Shown: positions 34,835 to 43,290, numbered from the stretch's first letter. The stretch is 64,000 bases of DNA from Candidatus Latescibacterota bacterium (GCA_965222075.1 OZ244937.1:2656001-2720000), one strand, 5' to 3'. A program made the numbers and translations. Notes: generated from the sequence alone by a model not told the origin.

Positions 34835-37132
34835 CTACCGGCCGGCCACCTTGGCCACCCAGATGCTGATCTCGTACAGCACGATCAGAGGGAGCGCCAT
34901 CATCAGCTGAGAAACCGGATCCGGCGGCGTCAGCAGGGCCGCCAGAACAAAACCGACCACAACGGCATAACGCCGGCCTGTCCGCATCCTCTCCGGTGTT
35001 ACCACGCCTACCCTGGCCAGAAAAAAGGTCGCCACCGGCAGTTCGAACACCACGCCGAAAGCCACCAGCAGCTTCAGCACAAAATCGGTATAAAACCCGA
35101 TATCATATTGAGGCTCAACCCCCGTCTCCACCCCAAGACCCAGCAGAAACCTCAGCGCAAGCGGTATGACTCCCCAGTAGGCCAGAGCGGAACCGACCAC
35201 AAAACAAACGGTCGATGAGAAAACGATAAAAGCCACATACTTTCGTTCGCTGGCGAACAGCCCAGGCGCCACAAAAAGCCAGACCTGGTAGAGCAAAACC
35301 GGCAGGGCCAGCACCGCTCCGCCCCACAGGGCGATCTCCAGCTTGACCATAAACATCCCCATCGGTTTCAGGTAGATCAATGTCGGGCCGGCCTCCATCT
35401 GCTGTACCGGCCACGTCAATGCCCTGAGAATGTCATTGGAAAAAACCGCACAGATAATCGCCCCCACCACCACCGCCGCCAGCCCTTTTAGAATCCGCCA
35501 TCGCAGTTCCTCCAGGTGATCCAGGAACGGCATGGAACGTTCTTCTTCTGGAAGCTCTGGATCAGCTTCCGCGCCCATCGACACGCTTCCCGCCGCCGAC
35601 CTGGGCAAAATGGTCTGTTCTTCCACCTCCCCACCCTTCCGGCGGACAGCCATGACCACCACCAGAACCGCCAGCCCGGTGCAGATCTGGGAGAAGACAT
35701 CCCCGTATCGGGTATAAAATGTGAGGTCCGACCTGACGGCCACCCTGCCGTTTAAAACCTCCGGGTGAAAAATCCCCGTCGTCCGGGACTTTCGCCCGTA
35801 CGCATCGATGAACGTTGAGACCCCGGTATTGGCGCAGCGCACCACGGCCCGCCGGTTCTCAATCGCCCGAAACACCGCAATTTCGGCATGCTGGAAAGGC
35901 CCCGATGTCTTGCCGAACCAGCCGTCGTTGGTAATCACCACCAGAAACCTGGCGCCTCCGGCCACGAACTCTCGAACCAGCCCCGGAAAGGCCGAATCGA
36001 AACAGATCAGCCCGGAAAACCGCGCCCCCGGCCCCTCAAAAACCGTCCGCACCTCCCCAGAATCCCAGTTGCCGCCCACATACCCGCCGCCGGTGAACTG
36101 CATATCGCGCAAAAAGGGAAGCAGTTCTGGAAACGGGGACCGTTCGCCGAACGGCACCAGTTTGGTTTTGTCGTAATATCCAACCGTCCCCCTCCCGGGC
36201 GCAAAAAGAAAAGACGAGTTATAGGTCCGGATACGCGCGTCCTCTACCCTGCGATAGGCGCCGGTGTAGAGATATACGTTCAGCGAATCGACCAGCGTCT
36301 GTACGCCCTCCTGGTAGGGCCGGTAAGCCTCCTTGTTGACGTAGAAGGCAGCAGCCGTCTCCGGCCACACCACCAGACGCGCGCCCCCCTCTACCGCCTG
36401 AACCGTCAGTGATTTTAAAATCTCGAAATTGTCCCAGAACCCGCCGTACTCCTTTGCAACAGGCGGAATATCCGGCTGCACCACACCCACGGGAATGGTC
36501 TCACCTTCATCAGCCCGGGCAAATGCCATATACCCCTGGACCGCCGGCGCGGCAAAAAGCAGGACCAGCACCACAACGGAAGCGCTCCGGCGCACGCGGG
36601 GGCGCAGGAGCGCCAGCACCGTCAGGTTGACCAGAACGACCCAGAAAGACACCCCGTAGACCCCGGTGAGTTCCGCGTACTGAATCAGCGGCAGGTAGGC
36701 CGTCTGGCTGTTGCCCAGCACCACCCACGGGAATCCCAGGTCTCCCAGTGAGTTGAAATACTCAAACCCCACCCACAAAAAAGGGGCGCTCCATAAGCCG
36801 AACGCCTCGAACCGGCGAACCACAAGGCTAAGCGCCCAGATGGAAAGCCCTCTGAAAACGGACATATAAAAAATCGCCGCGGCCGTGCCGGGAGGGGAAA
36901 TCCAGGAAATCCAGTAAATCGTTGCACCGTAAAAAACCAGCCCCTGCACAAACCCGGCGCCAAAAGCCGCTCGGCCCTGCAACCGCTCGGCCGAGAGGAA
37001 AAGGGGAATTAACCCGACACAGGCAAGAAACCCAAGCGGCAGCGGTGGAAACGCAGCCCCCAGAACGATTCCCGAGATTGCCGGATAGACCAGGAGGGGC
37101 AGCAAGATCCTCCCTTTCCACACCTCCACCAT
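34835..37132 (-). CDS. Fusion of apolipoprotein N-acyltransferase (Lnt) and Tat translocase TatC
   Basis: One ORF: Lnt triad motifs WPET, YDK..LVPFGE, ICFD and RCANTGVS, then TatC motifs MPFLDHLEELR, W.FVAPGL...E, FELP, TPPDP.SQ. Confidence 0.92.
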   Translation of the reverse strand: MVEVWKGRILLPLLVYPAISGIVLGAAFPPLPLGFLACVGLIPLFLSAERLQGRAAFGAGFVQGLVFYGATIYWISWISPPGTAAAIFYMSVFRGLSIWALSLVVRRFEAFGLWSAPFLWVGFEYFNSLGDLGFPWVVLGNSQTAYLPLIQYAELTGVYGVSFWVVLVNLTVLALLRPRVRRSASVVVLVLLFAAPAVQGYMAFARADEGETIPVGVVQPDIPPVAKEYGGFWDNFEILKSLTVQAVEGGARLVVWPETAAAFYVNKEAYRPYQEGVQTLVDSLNVYLYTGAYRRVEDARIRTYNSSFLFAPGRGTVGYYDKTKLVPFGERSPFPELLPFLRDMQFTGGGYVGGNWDSGEVRTVFEGPGARFSGLICFDSAFPGLVREFVAGGARFLVVITNDGWFGKTSGPFQHAEIAVFRAIENRRAVVRCANTGVSTFIDAYGRKSRTTGIFHPEVLNGRVAVRSDLTFYTRYGDVFSQICTGLAVLVVVMAVRRKGGEVEEQTILPRSAAGSVSMGAEADPELPEEERSMPFLDHLEELRWRILKGLAAVVVGAIICAVFSNDILRALTWPVQQMEAGPTLIYLKPMGMFMVKLEIALWGGAVLALPVLLYQVWLFVAPGLFASERKYVAFIVFSSTVCFVVGSALAYWGVIPLALRFLLGLGVETGVEPQYDIGFYTDFVLKLLVAFGVVFELPVATFFLARVGVVTPERMRTGRRYAVVVGFVLAALLTPPDPVSQLMMALPLIVLYEISIWVAKVAGR

Positions 37133-37133
37133 G

Positions 37134-37424
37134 CTACCTCCCTCCTGCAATAATCCCTTTTTGCACGAGTAGATCGGTGTAGTCTTCAGCAGACATATTA
37201 CCGCGCCGAGCCTGTTCAAATTCGGCTCTGGTCATAAAAAGTTGCCGTCTAAGGATATGGGCAAGGAGCGCATCACCGATATCGGATGAACCTCCATGTG
37301 AAATCCTGGTGCGAACAAGACGCCCAGGAAAGACACGTTCAAAGAAGATATGATGGCTGCCTCGGACTTCGGTAAAACCGAGACCGAGCAGAATAGATCG
37401 GAGGTTGCGTTTAGCGATGGGCAT
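37134..37424 (-). CDS. HicA-like toxin (putative)
   Basis: 96 aa with the LGF...RGSHH.F...T.ISHG..DIG..LL..I.RQL pattern of the dsRBD-like HicA fold. Confidence 0.65.
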   Translation of the reverse strand: MPIAKRNLRSILLGLGFTEVRGSHHIFFERVFPGRLVRTRISHGGSSDIGDALLAHILRRQLFMTRAEFEQARRGNMSAEDYTDLLVQKGIIAGGR

Positions 37425-37794
37425 CGCCGAAAAGATTTTCCAACCTGTGGAGTTGTCCTGTCAGATGTTGATTTAACAGATCCCTTCTTTTGAAAAGGTA
37501 GGCGTAATCATCTTCGATCGTGCGTAGAAGATTCACCTTGGCCTGTTCTAAGTCAGACCCTTCGGCCGCCAGATCGGTATCGGGAAGCAATGCGAGAATA
37601 TCTCCGTTAGCAAAAACCTGAATCTCAACGGGGACCTCCACGCCGGCAACGGGGAGCATATCTTTGAAAACCAGGACCGGTTGGGGTTCATCATCTTGTA
37701 GGTACCGGTCCAGCCACGCTGCCAAATCCTCTTTGGTATGAGCCTTTTTCCAGACCTCTGCGGGAAAAACAACCACAGGTTTTTCTTTTGCCAT
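37411..37794 (-). CDS. HicB-like antitoxin (putative)
   Basis: A.LPDTDL.AEG.DLEQA..NL pattern of the HicB partial RNase H fold; overlaps the toxin by 14 nt. Confidence 0.55.
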   Translation of the reverse strand: MAKEKPVVVFPAEVWKKAHTKEDLAAWLDRYLQDDEPQPVLVFKDMLPVAGVEVPVEIQVFANGDILALLPDTDLAAEGSDLEQAKVNLLRTIEDDYAYLFKRRDLLNQHLTGQLHRLENLFGDAHR

Positions 37795-37855
37795 GGGGTA
37801 TCACACTCCTGATCGTGTATCAAAACCAACGGGTTGCCCTACACCTCAACCCTTA

Positions 37856-38018
37856 GAAGCTGCCTTAAAATCCCCAGCGGTCTTCACGCGGCTGCAAAAG
37901 CGTCGGTCGGCGTTGGTCAAACCCACCCGTATCTCCAGGATATGGGCGGGTTCTCCCGCCTTGACCGACACCTTTTCGCTCGCGCTCGGGAACTCACCAG
38001 GAATTTTAAAACAACTTC
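37856..38018. mobile_element. MITE, 163 bp, TTA target duplication
   Basis: tta|GAAGCTGCCTTAAAAT...ATTTTAAAACAACTTC|tta with internal hairpins. Confidence 0.75.
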
Positions 38019-38054
38019 TTAGAAGCCAGATGTATAAGCCGAAGCGTCAAGTAG

Positions 38055-38083
38055 AATATAACCGAGCGAATTTCCTTTGTCAA
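38055..38083 (-). promoter_or_regulatory. sigma70 promoter of hicBA-like/lnt-tatC
   Basis: TTGACA-17 bp-TATATT. Confidence 0.7.
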
Positions 38084-38114
38084 ACCGGCAGAATCGGCCG
38101 ACACCCGTATCTGT

Positions 38115-38143
38115 TTGACAGACCCGTCCTGCTTCTTTACCTT
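38115..38143 (+). promoter_or_regulatory. Divergent sigma70 promoter of the bioF-like gene
   Basis: TTGACA-17 bp-TACCTT. Confidence 0.65.
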
Positions 38144-38317
38144 ATGACCAGCCTTCTCCGGTCTTGCAGCGGTTCTTCAAGACCGAACCCTGCTATGCCC
38201 GTGACCGTCGAGGATAGGGACACCCAAAGCCAACGCGAAGTCCTCTGGTGTACACGGAGCACACAAGTCAGGGACTTCCACAGGGCCGAATTTCGTGATT
38301 TTTTAAAACATCTCACC

Positions 38318-39481
38318 ATGCTCCCCAACCTCTCAGCAGAACTGGACGACCTCAAATCCCGCGGCCTCTACCGCACCGCGCGTCTCATCGAAAGCGCCCA
38401 GGGCCCCCGCGTGCACATCAACGGCCGGGACCTCCTCCTCTTTTGTTCCAACAACTACCTGGGTCTGGCCAACCATCCCGTGCTCAAAGAGGACGCCGCC
38501 GCCGCCCTCCGCGCCTACGGCCTGAGCGCCGCCGCCTCCCGCCTCATCTCGGGCAGCATGGCCCCCCACCGCGACCTTGAAACCCGCCTCGCCCGTTTCC
38601 TCGGCACCGAGGCGGCCCTCATCTTTCCCACCGGCTACATGGCCAACCTGGGCGCAATCACCGCTCTTGTCGGCCCGCAGGACGCCGTCTTCAGCGACCG
38701 GCTCAACCACCGCAGCATCATTGACGCCTGCCGGCTCTCCCGCGCGGTGACCCACGTCTACCGCCACTGCGACATCGACCACCTCAGCGACCTGTTCTCC
38801 AGCGAAACCGGTTTCCGCAGGCGCCTGATCGTCACCGACGGCCTCTTCAGCATGGACGGAGACCTCGCTCCCCTGCCCGACTTAGCCGAACTCGCACGCG
38901 ACCACAACGCCATCCTGATGGTGGACGACGCCCACGCCACCGGCGTCCTGGGCCCCTCTGGCCGGGGAACCCCCGAACACTTTGGCATCAACGGCGGCAT
39001 CGACGTCCTCATGACGGCCGGGAGCAAGGCCCTGGGCACCTTCGGCGGATTCATCGGCGGCAGCGCCGACCTCATTGACCTGCTCAGCAACAAATCCTCC
39101 AGCTTTATCTACACCACCTCCCTCCCCCCTGACGCCTGCGCGGCCACCTTAGCCGCCCTCGACCTGATCGAATCGGATCCGGGAATCAGGGATCGCCTCT
39201 GGGCCAACGTCCGGGCCGTCCGGGAGGGCCTCCTCGATCTCGGATTCGACCTGATGGGATCTCAGACCCAGATCATCCCCATCCTCATCGGCGACCCCGA
39301 ACGCACGATGGTGATCTCCGCCGACCTCTACGAACAGGGCGTCTTCCTCACCGGCATCCGTCCCCCCACGGTCCCGGAAGGCGAAAGCCGCCTCCGCCTC
39401 ACCGTCATGGCCGACCACAGCGACGACGACATCGCCCGCCTTTTAGAGGCCATGGCAGAGGTCCGTGCCCGTTTTTTTTGA
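38318..39481 (+). CDS. bioF: 8-amino-7-oxononanoate synthase-like alpha-oxoamine synthase
   Basis: FCSNNYLGLA, ASRLISG, TGYMAN, FSMDGD.APL, VDDAH, IRPPTVP..SRLR; start set at MLPNL. Confidence 0.85.
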   Translation: MLPNLSAELDDLKSRGLYRTARLIESAQGPRVHINGRDLLLFCSNNYLGLANHPVLKEDAAAALRAYGLSAAASRLISGSMAPHRDLETRLARFLGTEAALIFPTGYMANLGAITALVGPQDAVFSDRLNHRSIIDACRLSRAVTHVYRHCDIDHLSDLFSSETGFRRRLIVTDGLFSMDGDLAPLPDLAELARDHNAILMVDDAHATGVLGPSGRGTPEHFGINGGIDVLMTAGSKALGTFGGFIGGSADLIDLLSNKSSSFIYTTSLPPDACAATLAALDLIESDPGIRDRLWANVRAVREGLLDLGFDLMGSQTQIIPILIGDPERTMVISADLYEQGVFLTGIRPPTVPEGESRLRLTVMADHSDDDIARLLEAMAEVRARFF

Positions 39482-39521
39482 ACCCACACGCCGCGCCCCT
39501 ACGGCAGGTTGTCCTTCTCAC

Positions 39522-40721
39522 ATGCTCCGGCCCCTTCCAGTCCTTCTGCTCCTCCTCGGCCTGACATCCCCCACTTGGGCCGCCGCCCTCTCCGGCGCCG
39601 TCACCGACAGCGCCACCGATCAGGCCCTCCCCTACGTCAGCGTCGTCTTCCCCGTCCTGAGGCGGGGTACCACCACCGACCTCCACGGCCGCTACGCCCT
39701 CGACGCCCTGCCCCCCGGCGCCTGGCGCCTCCAGGTCTCGTGCATCGGCTACCGGACCTTCGCCGACACCCTCTGCCTCGAATCAGACACCGACTTGCGC
39801 CTCGACGTGATCCTTTCCCCGGCCCCCATCCTCCTCAAACCCGAGGTCTCCCTTCCCAGACAAACCCTGGACGACCTCCTTGAGGGCATCGCCCGGCAGG
39901 ACCACGAGCAGGTCTTCCACGCCCGGTATCCCGCCCTGCGCGCCTACCGCTTCACGGCCTATGGCACCCAGACCCTGTATGCCGGGAAAAAGGCCGCGGC
40001 TAAAATCCTGGCCAGGATCGAATACGACGGCGAAGGCTACTACCGAAACCCGGACGACATCGTTCAGGCCATCACCGCCTACCGGGCCCTCGGCGCGGCC
40101 GGCCGGCGCTTTGGCATGCACCCCGGCGCCTTCGTCAACATCCGGAAAGGCCACCTCAACGGCCGGACGTTCGACGTGGGGCCGCTCCCCTTAGAGCCCG
40201 ACGCCCGGAAGACCTACCGCTACCGCCTGCTGGACACCGTCCAGATGGGGGACGTCATCGTCTACCACATCCGCGTGACCCCGCGCAAAAAAAGACGCCC
40301 CGCTGTGGAAGGGGACGTCTGGATTTCAGGGACCGATTTTTCCATCGTCGGCTATGACCTGAAGCTCAACAGGCCCCTGCGCAAGGCCCTCGGCATCTCC
40401 GAACTCCGCACCTACCAGGAAAACGCCCTCTACTACGACCGCTACTGGCTCCCCACCCGGCAGACCGTCCGCATCCGGACCGCTTCGGGCGCCCTGGCCG
40501 AGCAGACCACCCACATCTCCGGCTACGCCCTCAACATCCCCCTGCCCGACTCCCTCTTCGACCGGGGGCCCATCTCCATCCTTCCCGGCGCTACGGAGCG
40601 GACGCACGCCTACTGGACCCAACGCGCAAGCCGCTTGAAAACCGCCGAAGAAAACGCCGTCCGACACCTGCTTGAAAGCAGCACCCTTCCCGCGGGATGG
40701 AAGCGCCTGATGAATCGGTAG
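39522..40721 (+). CDS. Exported protein with a carboxypeptidase-regulatory-like domain and a DUF5686-like region
   Basis: Signal peptide; LSG.VTDSAT..ALPYVSV...GTTTD..GRY; PL...A...Y.Y.LLDT; G.VWI. Confidence 0.7.
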   Translation: MLRPLPVLLLLLGLTSPTWAAALSGAVTDSATDQALPYVSVVFPVLRRGTTTDLHGRYALDALPPGAWRLQVSCIGYRTFADTLCLESDTDLRLDVILSPAPILLKPEVSLPRQTLDDLLEGIARQDHEQVFHARYPALRAYRFTAYGTQTLYAGKKAAAKILARIEYDGEGYYRNPDDIVQAITAYRALGAAGRRFGMHPGAFVNIRKGHLNGRTFDVGPLPLEPDARKTYRYRLLDTVQMGDVIVYHIRVTPRKKRRPAVEGDVWISGTDFSIVGYDLKLNRPLRKALGISELRTYQENALYYDRYWLPTRQTVRIRTASGALAEQTTHISGYALNIPLPDSLFDRGPISILPGATERTHAYWTQRASRLKTAEENAVRHLLESSTLPAGWKRLMNR

Positions 40722-40776
40722 GGAATGATAATAGTGCCGAAACCTGTTGATTTTTGGGCATCAAAAAAGGGCGGCA

Positions 40777-40915
40777 GAACAACACCCTATCGGGCAGCGC
40801 CATGAGGATCCTCCATTGCCAGGTAGTCGTCGTGCCTGGTGGAGACATCCGGCTCGGGGTCTTTACCTGCTCCGACGAACTCCATGAGGCTGCGCCTCTC
40901 CCTGACCTTTCGCGG
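40777..40915 (-). pseudogene. Possible vapB-like tail and vapC-like N-terminal stub
   Basis: FVGAG...PDVSTRHDDYL resembles antitoxin C-termini; the overlapping MALPDRVLF stub resembles a PIN-domain start and then degenerates. Confidence 0.35.
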
Positions 40916-40999
40916 ATCGATACTGATGGAAACGAGCCGCGTATCTTTGTCGAGATCGAGGTACACGCCCCTGATTGCCGGGACCTGCTCTTTGTTTGA

Positions 41000-41215
41000 G
41001 ACCCCGTTGGGATATGGAATTTCGTGAATCCTGACGAAATCTTCCACATCTCTCGGATCATCGTGAGCCAGACCAATGATCGTCAAGTCACGTTCCGGGA
41101 AAGATTGATGAAGTTTCTTGAGATTTGGCAGTTCATTAAGACAGGGAGCGCACCATGTCGCCCAAAAGTCAAGGAATACGAATTTTCCTCGAAAGTCGGA
41201 CAGCCGTAGCCATTT
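41000..41215 (-). pseudogene. TlpA/redoxin fragment
   Basis: LSDFRGKFVFLDFWATWCAPC..E.P; no proper start or C-terminus. Confidence 0.75.
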
Positions 41216-41247
41216 GTCTTGAAAATTCAGGCTAAGTTTTGCCACTC

Positions 41248-41448
41248 TCAGACCGTCTCGAACTGCAACGCAGAGAGGTTCAGTTTGGAGGAGCGTTTCG
41301 AGAGATGAAGCATCTCCACGCCTACCACTTCGTTCGATTCGTTGTAGTCGAGCACTACTCCCGGCGAAACCTCCTCGGACTCGACTATGGGAGAGTCGTC
41401 CAGGCGCAGGTAGAGGGCGTCGGCTTCCTTGTCCACGTTCAGTTTCAT
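41248..41448 (-). CDS. DUF2283 protein (putative antitoxin)
   Basis: D.EADALYLRL....ESEEVSPGVVLDY....VVGVE. Confidence 0.9.
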   Translation of the reverse strand: MKLNVDKEADALYLRLDDSPIVESEEVSPGVVLDYNESNEVVGVEMLHLSKRSSKLNLSALQFETV

Positions 41449-41705
41449 AGCTCTCCTCTCTTGCTTCGATCAAAGAATACGCTCACCACCCGCCAGGGCA
41501 CAACGCGGGTGTTGACGGCTACTCGCAGTGCGCGGTCACAGTGTTCGGGGATGGGGCGAAAGAATCGCTCCACGTCGGGATCGTTCGGATCGGGCGTGCG
41601 CAATGCTGGTCCAGCCACCGCCAGCTCGACCCACTCGGCAGGGATCATCCGTTCTGCCATAACGTGAAGGGCGTGCCGAGTGTATTCCAGAGTCAGCGGT
41701 CCCAC
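41445..41705 (-). CDS. DUF4258 protein (putative RelE-fold toxin)
   Basis: YTRHA...M.ER.I..EWV...P, LRV.VN, VVSVFFDR; ATGA overlap with DUF2283. Confidence 0.88.
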   Translation of the reverse strand: MGPLTLEYTRHALHVMAERMIPAEWVELAVAGPALRTPDPNDPDVERFFRPIPEHCDRALRVAVNTRVVPWRVVSVFFDRSKRGEL

Positions 41706-41807
41706 GACGCCTGTTCGTCCTTGAAATAGGGATTATATACCAAAATCACATCTGACCGTCAACGCTTCGCTTCAACAACCCTAATTTCTACATCGCGAAC
41801 CACACAC

Positions 41808-42047
41808 TGGACTTGACCCGATTTGGGTGGACACCCATCTTCTTGTTATCTTGTTGAGGAGAAAGGAGGTTCATCATGCCTCAGACGCATCCACCGTATC
41901 CGCCGGAGTTTCGGCCTGCCTGTGCGTGGCACGTAGCCAGGTGGCGCACCCCGCATACATGGACTTGACCCGATTTGGTAGACAACTTATCTCTTTTAGA
42001 GAAAAGAGTCCACAATGAAAAAATCATATCCAGCAGCATTTCGCTAG
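41808..42047 (+). mobile_element. Two tandem IS3-family left-end remnants
   Basis: TGGACTTGACCCGATTTGG at 41808 and 41960, each followed by an SD and an OrfA-like start (MPQTHPPYPPEFR; MKKSYPAAFR*). Confidence 0.7.
41915..41941. repeat. 27-bp palindromic micro-insertion, copy 1
   Basis: CCTGCCTGTGCGTGGCACGTAGCCAGG directly after codon 13 of the IS3 stub. Confidence 0.7.
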
Positions 42048-42090
42048 AAACTGAATATGCTCAGACCTATCCACAACATTTCACAGAACG

Positions 42091-42630
42091 TCACTCGTAA
42101 CGAATAATCTGCTTAATGTCGCCGTGAGTCTGAGTTGGTCGTTCAGGCCCGTGAAATAATGTGGTCGCCAGTTTCGTAGAGTATCCTCGTTCGCCCCAAA
42201 TTGCCCAGATCAACGAGCAATCATTCTTTTTTAGGTAGTCCTGAAGCAGATTTTCTCGCATGAAGAATATATGCTGATAATTGTTATAGTCATCACCTTG
42301 ATCCGAGATACCAAGGGTTGCCCTAACGCCATCTGCTGTAAAAAAATCAAACTCTTGGGGACGGTTAATTAGATCAAGATCCTTTGCAATCTCCTTAGCT
42401 AACGTCACTGCGTGGCCTGCATCACTCGCCGCGCTTTGATACCCCTCCCACCCGAAATCACACACTGGAATTAACGCTTTAAATGTGGCAAATTCTTGCT
42501 CCATCTCTTCCTCTTCATAAGGAATTTCACGAACTTCGATCTTTGCCCAGTCATCATCCGTAAGTCGCTCATCTTCATTCTTATGAGGTTGAAAAAGGTG
42601 ATCAGGACACGTTAGATTATCCTTCAAATG
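42091..42630 (-). pseudogene. Low-GC C-terminal fragment resembling Avs2-type STAND NTPases
   Basis: Ends ...FMRENLLQDYLKKNDCSLIWAIWGER...; no N-terminal portion; AT-rich. Confidence 0.45.
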
Positions 42631-42742
42631 GGTAACCCTCAAAGAGGAGGATAATCATGGAAACGTTCGCCCTGCTCGAAGCAGTATTATACCGCTTTCG
42701 AGACCTGTTCGGTAGTCAAAACTTCGCGCTATTTTGTGCCTA

Positions 42743-42767
42743 CCTGCCTGTGCAGATGGCAGACAGG
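42743..42767. repeat. 25-bp palindromic micro-insertion, copy 2
   Basis: CCTGCCTGTGCAGATGGCAGACAGG; frameshifts the remnant. Confidence 0.75.
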
Positions 42768-42810
42768 TGTGGGGGGCGTGATAATCTGCAGTGGCCCTCA
42801 CACCGTCTCA

Positions 42811-43015
42811 GAAGCTGTCTTAAACCCCACGTCGGGCCGCTTTGCGGGGCTGTCGCCCTAGCGTCAAGCGATTCTCGAGGGCGAGACGCCCGCGTTCCAA
42901 GGGGTATTACGGCCTTGTACGACCATACCCTACCCCAACATGCGGGCGAGACGCCCGCGTTCCCGGGTGCTTTGATCCGCTTGAGGGACCCAACCCGGAA
43001 TTTTGAGACAGCTTC
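42811..43015. mobile_element. MITE, 205 bp, TCA target duplication
   Basis: tca|GAAGCTGTCTTAAA...TTTGAGACAGCTTC|tca; carries two GGGCGAGACGCCCGCGTTCC REP-like units. Confidence 0.8.
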
Positions 43016-43290
43016 TCAGAGCGACACCAGCTCGCCCATTGCCGACCGTAAATCCGCACGCTTGACAACACCTGCTCTGTTTCGGTACATTTCCGGTCCT
43101 GAGCGGTATCGGTACCCATCCTGAATGCCCTCCCGATATGGCTCGAATGTAGCCACAGTGATCTGCCATGTCAAGGACAATGCCGGCACAGGCGAGCGTT
43201 CGCCCTATTCGACCCGAACACTTACCGCAGACCGTCTGATCGACATGGTCAAACCTGGATGTTCCACAGACGGAGGACTGGAGACAGAAC

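Larger units (their letters stand above)
42657..43051 (+). pseudogene. Transposase-like N-terminal remnant (IS701/IS4-like) interrupted by a palindrome and a MITE
   Basis: GAGGAGG SD; removing both inserts restores METFALLEAVLYRFRDLFGSQNFALFCAYVGGVIICSGPHTVSE. Confidence 0.5.

Noticed and set aside
37793-38317. 175-aa N-terminal extension on the BioF-like ORF
   Set aside because: It runs through a MITE, two promoters and a leader; homology starts at MLPNL.
40787-41473. 228-aa ORF as an intact thioredoxin-like gene
   Set aside because: The 5' part is an alternative frame of DUF2283 and the 3' part is unrelated; treated as a chimera of fragments.
43040-43195. TPP or purine riboswitch resemblance (CTGAG, AATGCCGGC, CCGTAAA, GATATGG)
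   Set aside because: Motif order and spacing do not fit either class; kept only as an unclassified RNA candidate.
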